A DNA stretch of 64,000 nt from the NCBI GenBank assembly GCA_045643065.1, contig JAZUKC010000027.1:443-64442 (forward strand). Direction: 5' to 3'. Positions 28,484 to 36,559 of the stretch are shown piece after piece. Source of the DNA: Prevotella sp. (GTDB taxonomy: Bacteria > Bacteroidota > Bacteroidia > Bacteroidales > Bacteroidaceae). Position 1 is the first letter of the stretch. Each line of letters opens with the position of its first letter. A program made the position numbers and the translations under genes. Under the pieces are notes generated by a model, which saw nothing but the letters and a program-made list of their open reading frames with translations, searched no databases and was not told where the DNA came from.

Positions 28484-29785
28484 TTACTTTCCGTTATGCT
28501 TCATCTGGTATGCCGTCTTAAGCAGTTCGAGAGAGTGCAACTCATAATCCTGCACTGCGTTTGTCTCATCGACTATCTTCTGACGAAGCTCTGTCGCATC
28601 GGCTATGCCGTTGTTGAGCTTTGTTTCTGCCGACTTCCTGATCTTTCTGCGAAGCTCAATGATGCGCTGATCGTCTTCGAGAGACGACTGCAGACGCTCA
28701 ATCTCTGGAACGAGAGTAACGTTTGTGAGGTTGTTATTGTAAGCCAGCATATTACGCTTCACCTCAAGTTCGTTGATCTTGCTTGCTATGATTTTCTGAG
28801 AACGGTTACGATTGTAGAGTTCAGAAATGTTCCATGCCACCTTTACTCCAACCTTGAAGTTGAAAGACATACCGTCGTCGGTCATGCTACGGAATACGTT
28901 CATGTCTGGATAGCCATAGTATGCCTGACTAAATAATCCTACCTTTGGCATCAAATCAACATCGAGTTTGCGAAGACCAAGAACAAGTCGGTTGAACTGA
29001 GCATCAAGCAAAGCGTATTCAGGACGAGTATCTGCTGCTGCTTCATAAACCGTTGGCATTTCAGGACGGATAAGTTTTTCGCCCATCATCTCTGTGCCTG
29101 TAAGCAAAGAAAGCATCTGGCGGTACATTCTTATCTTTGAAGCAAGGACCTTAAGTTGCTGACGACTGACAAGTTCTTCTGCCTCGATGATGTCCGATTC
29201 GGTTTCCGCAACTGTACCGTTTTTAAAGAGTTTCATCAGTTTCTGACGATTCTCGCTGAGCATGCTTATCTTCTCTTCCGTCTGAGCAGTACGGCTTTCG
29301 AGGAGGAGAATGCTGAAGAACACCTCTTCTACCCTTCCGTCAAGAGTGTAAAGATGAACGTCAATCTCCTTCGACTGAATGTCGGCATCTGCCTCTGCCA
29401 CCTTTCGTTGCAGTTTTACAGCACCACCATCATAGATTGTCTGATTGACATCAACACCTGCCTGATACTGGAACTTCTTTATTGGCTGTAGTTTAGGCAA
29501 AGCCTGTGAAAGCTGTTCGCCTATCTCTGCATCAAAGAGGTCGAGGATATTGCCAGCATTGTTCTGCCATGACGCCTGTCCTGCCACCATCACCTGAGGC
29601 AACCATTGTGTCGAGATGTTCTTCATTGTCATCTCCTTGGTTGCGTTTATCAGACGGAGACGCTTAACCTCAGGATAGTTGTCACGCGCCATCTGTCGGC
29701 ACTCTTCAATGGTTACAGCATTAATCTCGCCACACGTAGCGGCAAGCAAAGCCATTGATATGAGAATTCTTGATATTCTAATCAC
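28484..29785 (-). CDS. TolC family outer-membrane efflux protein
   Basis: Signal peptide, ARDNYP, WLPQV, NQTIYDGG, RPEY, YYGYP...GVKVAWN. GTG start 2 nt after the upstream stop. Confidence 0.9.
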   Translation of the reverse strand: MIRISRILISMALLAATCGEINAVTIEECRQMARDNYPEVKRLRLINATKEMTMKNISTQWLPQVMVAGQASWQNNAGNILDLFDAEIGEQLSQALPKLQPIKKFQYQAGVDVNQTIYDGGAVKLQRKVAEADADIQSKEIDVHLYTLDGRVEEVFFSILLLESRTAQTEEKISMLSENRQKLMKLFKNGTVAETESDIIEAEELVSRQQLKVLASKIRMYRQMLSLLTGTEMMGEKLIRPEMPTVYEAAADTRPEYALLDAQFNRLVLGLRKLDVDLMPKVGLFSQAYYGYPDMNVFRSMTDDGMSFNFKVGVKVAWNISELYNRNRSQKIIASKINELEVKRNMLAYNNNLTNVTLVPEIERLQSSLEDDQRIIELRRKIRKSAETKLNNGIADATELRQKIVDETNAVQDYELHSLELLKTAYQMKHNGK

Positions 29786-29787
29786 AA

Positions 29788-30432
29788 TTATTTTGTTATG
29801 TATTTTTTACCGTTCTTTATCACGATGCCCTTTGTTGATACTACACGCTGCCCTGCAACATTATAAAGAGGAGCATCAGTGTTGTCGTCAACAGAAATCT
29901 CGTACACAGCGTTTTCGTCTTCTTCATCATTCACTACGATCTTACCATTGTAAGACAACTCAATAGTTACGTCTTTGAATGACATGAAATCCTGTGTTAC
30001 TGGTACAGAGAACTCAAGCACATCCTTCGTCATCGTTGCTGTTCCCTCATACTGAGCACCAAGCGTCTGTGTTACAAGCCATTCTTTTGAATCATCGCCA
30101 GGAGTCAGAATGATGTTGTTCTCACCGTCCTTAGGAGTTGTCTTGATTCTGCTGCCTATCTTCTGGAAGTTTACGATTGCCACATTACCGATGTTGAACA
30201 TTGTGCCTTTAAACTCCACATCAAGATTAAACACCTTGAGCGTGTAGGTTCCGTCTTCTTCTTTATAGACATACACATCAGTGTTAGTGCGTGTTGCTGA
30301 ACCTAAAGCTATTGCTGCCAATGCTGGTTTCAACGCCTTTGCTTTGAGTGTACCGTTGTAAACTGCTTCCTGTGCTGTTGCAGACATAGCTACAGCCATT
30401 GAAATCATGAAAGTAATTAGAGATTTTTTCAT
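29788..30432 (-). CDS. secreted calycin/lipocalin-like beta-barrel protein with a Prevotella-type T9SS C-terminal signal
   Basis: Signal peptide, YNGTL...EDGTYTLKVFN...IGNV pattern, acidic linker, C-terminal LYNVAGQRV...KGIVIKNGKKY. Confidence 0.7.
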   Translation of the reverse strand: MKKSLITFMISMAVAMSATAQEAVYNGTLKAKALKPALAAIALGSATRTNTDVYVYKEEDGTYTLKVFNLDVEFKGTMFNIGNVAIVNFQKIGSRIKTTPKDGENNIILTPGDDSKEWLVTQTLGAQYEGTATMTKDVLEFSVPVTQDFMSFKDVTIELSYNGKIVVNDEEDENAVYEISVDDNTDAPLYNVAGQRVVSTKGIVIKNGKKYITK

Positions 30433-30458
30433 CTTTATGTTTGTTTATTATTCGTTTG

Positions 30459-30466
30459 CAAAGATA
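30459..30466 (-). promoter_or_regulatory. -7 promoter element of the NRPS/export cluster
   Basis: TATCTTTG on the minus strand, 26 nt upstream of the 30432 start. Confidence 0.6.
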
Positions 30467-30613
30467 ATAAAAAAAATGTAATTAAATAATGATTAGTTAG
30501 ATAAAATTCATACCGTTTATTTTTTTCTTAATAATTATCAATGTTTCTTAGGTTTAGCGAGAGTAACATGAGTTAATTTATTCTAATTTCTTTTCTTTTC
30601 TAATAAATTTTAC

Positions 30614-30621
30614 TAACTTTG
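30614..30621 (+). promoter_or_regulatory. -7 promoter element of ffh
   Basis: TAACTTTG upstream of ffh, divergent from the NRPS cluster promoter. Confidence 0.65.
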
Positions 30622-30674
30622 CAGAATTATTGAGAATTATAAACGAAAAAAGAATACAATAAGACACAATTACT

Positions 30675-32024
30675 ATGTTCGAAAATCTTAACGAACGATT
30701 GGAAAGATCGTTCAAGATACTTAAGGGTGAAGGAAAGATTACAGAAATCAATGTTGCAGAAACATTGAAGGACGTTCGTCGTGCTCTTCTCGATGCCGAC
30801 GTTAATTATAAGGTAGCAAAGACATTTACAGATACCGTAAAGCAGAAGGCACTTGGCATGAACGTGCTTACTGCCATCAAGCCAGGCGAACTCATGGTGA
30901 AACTCGTTCATGACGAGTTGGCTACTCTCATGGGTGGTAAGGCAGCAGAGTTCAAACTTGACTCTACTCCTGGTCATCCAGCCATCATACTCATGGCTGG
31001 TCTTAACGGTGCTGGTAAGACAACAATGTCGGGCAAGCTGGCACTCATGCTGAAGGATCGTAACCATCGTAAGCCATTGCTTGCTGCTTGTGATACGTTC
31101 CGTCCTGCTGCTATGGAACAGCTTCGCGTTCTTGCAGAGCAGGTTAATGTGCCTGTTTATATTGAAGAAGGTGCAACTGATCCTGTTTCTGTAGCAAAGA
31201 ATGCCATCAACCATGCTCGTCTTAACGGTAACGACGTAGTGATTGTCGATACTGCTGGTCGCCAGTCGATTGATGAGGAACTGATGGTTCAGATTCGTAA
31301 CATCAAGGATGCTATCAACCCTCAAGAGACATTGCTCGTAATCGATGCCATGATTGGTCAGGAAGCTGTTGCTACTGCCAAGACATTCAATGAGCGTCTT
31401 GAGATTGACGGTGTCATCCTCACTAAGCTTGATGGTGATACTCGTGGTGGTGCTGCTCTTTCTGTTCGTACTGTGGTTGACAAACCAATCAAGTTTATCG
31501 GTACAGGCGAGAAGATGGAAGCAATTGATGTCTTCCACCCTGAGCGTATGGCTGACCGAATCCTCGGCATGGGTGACGTTGTTTCGCTCGTTGAACGTGC
31601 TCAGCAGCAGTTTGACGAAGAGGAAGCAAAGCGTCTTGAGAAGAAGATTCGCAAGAACAAGTTCGATTTCAACGACTTCCTTGGACAGATACAGCAGGTG
31701 AAGAAGATGGGTAACGTCAAGGACCTTGCTGCCATGATTCCTGGTGTGGGCAAGGCAATCAAGGATATTGAAATCCCTGACGATCCATTCAAGAACATTG
31801 AGGCAATCATTGGTTCGATGACTCCTAAGGAGCGTGAGAATCCAGACATCATCAATGCTTCTCGCCGTAAGCGTATCGCTGCTGGTTCTGGTACAAACAT
31901 TGAAGAGGTGAATCGCCTTATCAAGCAGTTCGACCAGACACGCAAGATGATGAAGATGGTTACCGGCATGGGCTCAAGCAAGATGATGCAGATGGCAAAT
32001 GCCATGAGAGCAATGAAGCGATAA
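30675..32024 (+). CDS. ffh: signal recognition particle protein
   Basis: GLNGAGKTT, DTAGR, TKLDGDTRGGAALS, RILGMGD, Met-rich M domain. Confidence 0.98.
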   Translation: MFENLNERLERSFKILKGEGKITEINVAETLKDVRRALLDADVNYKVAKTFTDTVKQKALGMNVLTAIKPGELMVKLVHDELATLMGGKAAEFKLDSTPGHPAIILMAGLNGAGKTTMSGKLALMLKDRNHRKPLLAACDTFRPAAMEQLRVLAEQVNVPVYIEEGATDPVSVAKNAINHARLNGNDVVIVDTAGRQSIDEELMVQIRNIKDAINPQETLLVIDAMIGQEAVATAKTFNERLEIDGVILTKLDGDTRGGAALSVRTVVDKPIKFIGTGEKMEAIDVFHPERMADRILGMGDVVSLVERAQQQFDEEEAKRLEKKIRKNKFDFNDFLGQIQQVKKMGNVKDLAAMIPGVGKAIKDIEIPDDPFKNIEAIIGSMTPKERENPDIINASRRKRIAAGSGTNIEEVNRLIKQFDQTRKMMKMVTGMGSSKMMQMANAMRAMKR

Positions 32025-32076
32025 CACAACCAATAATCGAAATATCGTTAACTCGAACAATCGAAAATAAAATATC

Positions 32077-32952
32077 ATGCAATTAATCGACGGAAAAGCA
32101 ACAGCAACCGCCATTAAGGCTGAGATTGCTGAAGAGGTAAAGCAGATTATGGCCAATGGTGGCAAGCAACCACATCTGGCAGCTGTTCTCGTGGGTCACG
32201 ATGGTGGTTCAGAGACATACGTTAAGAATAAGGTGCTCGCATGTGAGGCATGTGGTTTCAAGTCAACACTTATTCGTTACGAGGATGACATCACAGAGGA
32301 GGAACTCCTTGCTTGTGTTGACAAACTGAATAAAGACGATGATGTTGACGGTTTCATCGTGCAGCTGCCTTTGCCAAAGCATATTGACGAGCAGAAGGTT
32401 ATCGAAGCTATTGACTACCGCAAGGATGTTGATGGTTTCCACCCTATCAACGTTGGACGTATGGCTATCGGTTTGCCTTGTTTCATCTCGGCAACACCTC
32501 TTGGCATCATCACTTTGCTCAAGCGCTACGGCATAGAAACAAGTGGCAAGAAGTGCGTTGTGTTAGGTCGTTCGAACATCGTAGGAAAGCCTATGGCACA
32601 GCTTATGATGCAGAAGCAGTATGGCGACGCAACCGTTACCGTATGCCACAGTCATTCAAAGGATTTGAAGAAGGAATGTCAGGAAGCAGACATCATTGTT
32701 GCCGCTATTGGTAGCCCTAACTTCGTAACTGCAGACATGGTTAAGGATGGCGCAGTAATCGTTGACGTTGGCACAACACGTGTTCCTGATGCCACACGCA
32801 AGAGCGGATTCAAGCTTACAGGCGATGTTAAGTTTGACGAGGTTGCTCCTAAGTGTTCATACATCACACCTGTACCTGGTGGCGTAGGTCCTATGACCAT
32901 CTGTTCGCTGATGAAGAACACGCTGTCAGCAGGAAAGAAAGAGTTTTATTAA
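32077..32952 (+). CDS. folD: bifunctional methylenetetrahydrofolate dehydrogenase/cyclohydrolase
   Basis: [39 protein letters not shown]. Confidence 0.98.
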   Translation: MQLIDGKATATAIKAEIAEEVKQIMANGGKQPHLAAVLVGHDGGSETYVKNKVLACEACGFKSTLIRYEDDITEEELLACVDKLNKDDDVDGFIVQLPLPKHIDEQKVIEAIDYRKDVDGFHPINVGRMAIGLPCFISATPLGIITLLKRYGIETSGKKCVVLGRSNIVGKPMAQLMMQKQYGDATVTVCHSHSKDLKKECQEADIIVAAIGSPNFVTADMVKDGAVIVDVGTTRVPDATRKSGFKLTGDVKFDEVAPKCSYITPVPGGVGPMTICSLMKNTLSAGKKEFY

Positions 32953-32960
32953 ACCACCTA

Positions 32961-32987
32961 TGCCCTCCCATTAAGGAGGGTATTTTT
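32961..32987 (+). terminator. intrinsic terminator after folD
   Basis: TGCCCTCC-CATTAA-GGAGGGTA followed by TTTTT. Confidence 0.75.
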
Positions 32988-33001
32988 AATTATACATAAG
33001 T

Positions 33002-34144
33002 ATGAACTATACAAAATGGGTTGCCTGTTGGGGCAATGCTACTTCAATAACTGACCGTAAGGAATGTGTTTACGCTAAGGATATCACGCTGAGATATCCT
33101 GTTCGTATTGTGTTCTCTGGTAGTCAACTGCGTTTCCGTTTTTCTAATCTTACTGGAACAGAAGATGTTACGATAAGCAAGGCATTTGTTGCCAAGAGCA
33201 CAAACGGCGACTACACCCCTACCCCAATTACATTCTGTGGCAGCAAAAGCGCTACGATACAACCAGGTACGGAGATAGAAAGTGACGCCATTGCCTTTGA
33301 GGTAGTAGCAGGAGAAACTGTTGAGGTAAGCATGTATTTTGCCGACTGTACTCAGATGAATGCAGGCACACTCATAACTGGTCCTCTGTCTAAAGGCAAG
33401 TACAGCTATGGTGACTATTCTGAAAGCAAGGAACTTCCTATTGACCTGACACGGAACACTAATTGGTTCTATTTCCTTAACACGATAGACATTCTTACGG
33501 AAGAAAAGAATCATGCTCTCGTCTGCTATGGTGATTCCATTACGGCACAGAGTTGGCCTGACTATCTTGCCATACGTGCTTGGGAGAATGGATTCCATGA
33601 TGTTGCAATAATCAGACGTGCCGTTAGTGGTACGCGCATCCTTCGTCAGTATGATTGCATCACTTATCAGGCTTACGGTCTTAAGGGCAGCACCCGATTC
33701 CCAATAGAATTGAACGTGGCTGGTGCTGATGCTGTCATCATTCAGCATGGCATCAACGACATCATTCATCCTGTTGGAACCGATGTTAACATTTTCCGCC
33801 CATGGAGCGACATGCCTACGGTAGAGGAAATGGAGCAAGGAACACAGGAGATTTACGTTAATCATGCTCGCAAACTTAACCTGAAGGTATGGAGTGGAAC
33901 GCTTTTGCCTATCTATGGTTGGCGAACATACAACGAGGATCGTGACAAGATGAGATGCGAATTCAACGAATGGCTCCGCACATCGAGCATATTCGATGGT
34001 TGTGTTGATTTTGATGTTGCCGTTCGTGATGCAGAGATGCCAGAAAAGTTTGCACCAGGTTTTGATTCTGGTGACCACCTTCATCCAAGCGAAAAGGCAT
34101 ACGAGGCAATGGCATTAGCAGTGCCTGAGGAACTGTTAAGATAG
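33002..34144 (+). CDS. SGNH/GDSL family esterase
   Basis: GDSIT block I, GINDI block III, GDHLHP block V. Confidence 0.92.
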   Translation: MNYTKWVACWGNATSITDRKECVYAKDITLRYPVRIVFSGSQLRFRFSNLTGTEDVTISKAFVAKSTNGDYTPTPITFCGSKSATIQPGTEIESDAIAFEVVAGETVEVSMYFADCTQMNAGTLITGPLSKGKYSYGDYSESKELPIDLTRNTNWFYFLNTIDILTEEKNHALVCYGDSITAQSWPDYLAIRAWENGFHDVAIIRRAVSGTRILRQYDCITYQAYGLKGSTRFPIELNVAGADAVIIQHGINDIIHPVGTDVNIFRPWSDMPTVEEMEQGTQEIYVNHARKLNLKVWSGTLLPIYGWRTYNEDRDKMRCEFNEWLRTSSIFDGCVDFDVAVRDAEMPEKFAPGFDSGDHLHPSEKAYEAMALAVPEELLR

Positions 34145-34175
34145 TTTTGTAGCAACAAATCAATCCTAATCGCCA

Positions 34176-34250
34176 TACTGTTCAATACCTAACACAACAC
34201 TGTTAAGTACGAAACACAACGCTGTTAAGTACTAAACACAACATTGTTCA
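34176..34250 (+). repeat. degenerate 22-bp tandem array (CTGTTAAGTAC.AAACACAAC)
   Basis: Units start at 34178, 34200, 34222 and 34244. Confidence 0.85.
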
Positions 34251-34293
34251 AAAAGAAACAGTAAGTGATTCAATAGTAAATTGCAGAAAACAT

Positions 34294-34350
34294 AAACGCT
34301 CTGAAGAAGCAAACAATACTTTTTGTTTATTCCTTCAGAGCGTTTTTTTT
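34294..34350. terminator. bidirectional terminator
   Basis: AAACGCTCTGAAG...CTTCAGAGCGTTTTTTTT between convergent genes. Confidence 0.75.
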
Positions 34351-34376
34351 ATTACTGTCCGGTAAAAGCAGTCAAG

Positions 34377-34724
34377 CTAAAGAAATTCTTCAACAAAGCT
34401 ATTAACCCTTTCGGGTAACTCGTTGTTTTCTACGCGATTGATAATCTTTTGTGCAACCGTCCAATTACATCTGTAGTAGATGAAATCCTCATGAGTATAT
34501 CTTTTTGAACGCTTGATATACCAATAGATGTCAACAAAAATATCGGTTCCATCTATGCTGCGTCTTACATACACAGACTTTGCCTTTTCCTGATTCTCTG
34601 GCTTAATCTTTTTATAAGCAGAAGGCATAAGCCCTGTGTTCTCGGTCTTCCATCTCTCTAATTTGCGATGAATCCTTGTACGCTTAATGTTATAAATAAT
34701 ATCTTCAAAAAAGTTACTACTCAT
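34377..34724 (-). CDS. hypothetical protein (basic, AT-rich)
   Basis: 115-aa ORF downstream of the DUF4301 gene; no motif recognised. Confidence 0.6.
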   Translation of the reverse strand: MSSNFFEDIIYNIKRTRIHRKLERWKTENTGLMPSAYKKIKPENQEKAKSVYVRRSIDGTDIFVDIYWYIKRSKRYTHEDFIYYRCNWTVAQKIINRVENNELPERVNSFVEEFL

Positions 34725-34815
34725 AAAAGAATGAGAATTAAAACTATAAGTATTCCCTATCTCCTTGGCTATAGTTTGCCAAGAAGACAGGGTTTTGTGT
34801 AAATTCTATTCTAGA

Positions 34816-36336
34816 TTACTGATGCTGGTCACGCAACAGGTCGTTAACGGTCTTAACAGGGTTGAATGTTCCGAGTGGAACTTCTACGAAGATTGTGTTC
34901 CAGTCAGACATTGCACCATTCCAAAGTCCTGGCAACTCAAGTGCCTGCAACTCCTTGCCATTCTTTGACTTGCTTGAGATGAAACCAGTAGTGCGGTCAA
35001 CAAACTCTGGGAGATTGAAAGCATTTCCCTTGTAATCCTTAACAGCACAAACGAGATCTACTGGGTTGAAGTGTGTACCTTCGGTGAAGTACTTCATGTA
35101 AACCTCATTCTTCTTGTCAATCTGTGACGACTCAAGAATCTGGAGAGAGTATGTACCGTCCTGATTATAAGCAAGGAAAGGACCACCGCCAGGTTCACCA
35201 ACGTTCTTCACAACACCAGCAACACGCATTGGACGGTTAAGCTTGTTCTTGAGATAGATAACGAGATCAGCATCCTCAAGTTCCTTAAGGTCAGCCTTCA
35301 CGCAGCAAAGCTCATGCTTTACGAAGCGAGCAATCTCAACGAGCTTATCATGGTCATACTTGCCAGAGTCAAGCACCTCAAGATATTCGAATGCCTTCTT
35401 CTGAAGATTAACAAGCACACCAGCAATAACCTGCTTCCATTCTACTGTCTCTGGCTTTAAGCGATCAGGAACAACGTTGTCGATATTCTTTACGAAGATA
35501 ACGTCAGCATCAATCTCGTTAAGGTTCTCAATGAGAGCACCATGACCACCAGGACGGAAGAGGAGCGAACCATCTTCGTTACGGAATGGTGTGCCGTCAG
35601 GATTTGCTGCTACTGTATCGGTAGAAGGCTTCTGCTCAGAGAATGAGATGTTGTACTTGATGCCATATTTCTCTGCATAGCCATCAGCCTTGTCAGCAAC
35701 CTTCTGTTTGAAGAAGTCAAGATGCTCATGCGAAACTGTGAAGTGAACATTTGCCTCGCCATTGCTTGCTGCATAGAGAGCGCCTTCTACGAGATGCTCC
35801 TCCATTGGTGTACGAGCACCTTCTGCATAGTTGTGGAAGAGAAGCATACCCTTAGGAAGCTGACCGTAGTTCAAGCCTTCCTTTGCAAGCATTCCCTTAG
35901 CAACGCTCTTGTAGTCGCCCTCAGCAATGAGTTCGTCAATACCCTTGCCCTTCTGCTCCTTAAGCAAAGCATCAAGTTCGTCATAGAAAGCAAACTTCTT
36001 GATATTGTCGAAATACTTCTTCTCGAAATCTGTCTGAGGAGTGTCGTAATCAGCATCAGCAAATGCAAACATGTCCTTGAACATGCGGCTTGCAGCACCC
36101 GAAGCAGGTACGAACTTTACGATCTTCTTTCCCTCTGCCTTGTAGTCGTTCCATGTCTGAACATAAGAAGCCACCTCCTCTGCAGTAGGTGCTACGATAC
36201 CCTGACCGATAGCAGCAGGGCCTTCAAGCTTAAGGAATGGGAAACCAGTTTTGAACTCACCGAGCTGCTGCTCGAGTTTCTCAGGGCTAATACCCTTGGC
36301 AGCTAATTGCTGCATGTCTTTTTCTGAAAGAGCCAT
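34816..36336 (-). CDS. DUF4301 family protein (nucleotide-diphospho-sugar transferase-like)
   Basis: KFVPASGAASRMFK, FRPGGHGAL, GEPGGGPF, THFNPVD, ELPGLWNGAM. Confidence 0.93.
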   Translation of the reverse strand: MALSEKDMQQLAAKGISPEKLEQQLGEFKTGFPFLKLEGPAAIGQGIVAPTAEEVASYVQTWNDYKAEGKKIVKFVPASGAASRMFKDMFAFADADYDTPQTDFEKKYFDNIKKFAFYDELDALLKEQKGKGIDELIAEGDYKSVAKGMLAKEGLNYGQLPKGMLLFHNYAEGARTPMEEHLVEGALYAASNGEANVHFTVSHEHLDFFKQKVADKADGYAEKYGIKYNISFSEQKPSTDTVAANPDGTPFRNEDGSLLFRPGGHGALIENLNEIDADVIFVKNIDNVVPDRLKPETVEWKQVIAGVLVNLQKKAFEYLEVLDSGKYDHDKLVEIARFVKHELCCVKADLKELEDADLVIYLKNKLNRPMRVAGVVKNVGEPGGGPFLAYNQDGTYSLQILESSQIDKKNEVYMKYFTEGTHFNPVDLVCAVKDYKGNAFNLPEFVDRTTGFISSKSKNGKELQALELPGLWNGAMSDWNTIFVEVPLGTFNPVKTVNDLLRDQHQ

Positions 36337-36559
36337 AGTATTCTTTACGGTTTATAATTTGGATTTAGTTATTTTTGGTTGGTAGATTACGAATACTTGA
36401 TTAAGAATCGTAACTTTTGTTATTAGTTTTCTGCAAAATTAGTTATTTTATTCTAATAATGAAAGAAAAAGCAAGGAAAAATGATAAAAAGATAACATTA
36501 TTTATTAAATTTGCAACAAAATAGATTGATAAAGTTCTACAAAGTTTAGATTTTCTGCT

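Noticed and set aside
30627..31538. 303-aa antisense ORF, and similar long shadows over relA, lpxC, the NRPS and nrdD
   Set aside because: They lie antisense to well-supported genes and are explained by codon bias.
33044..34084. 346-aa antisense ORF
   Set aside because: Shadow of the SGNH esterase on the opposite strand; no motifs.
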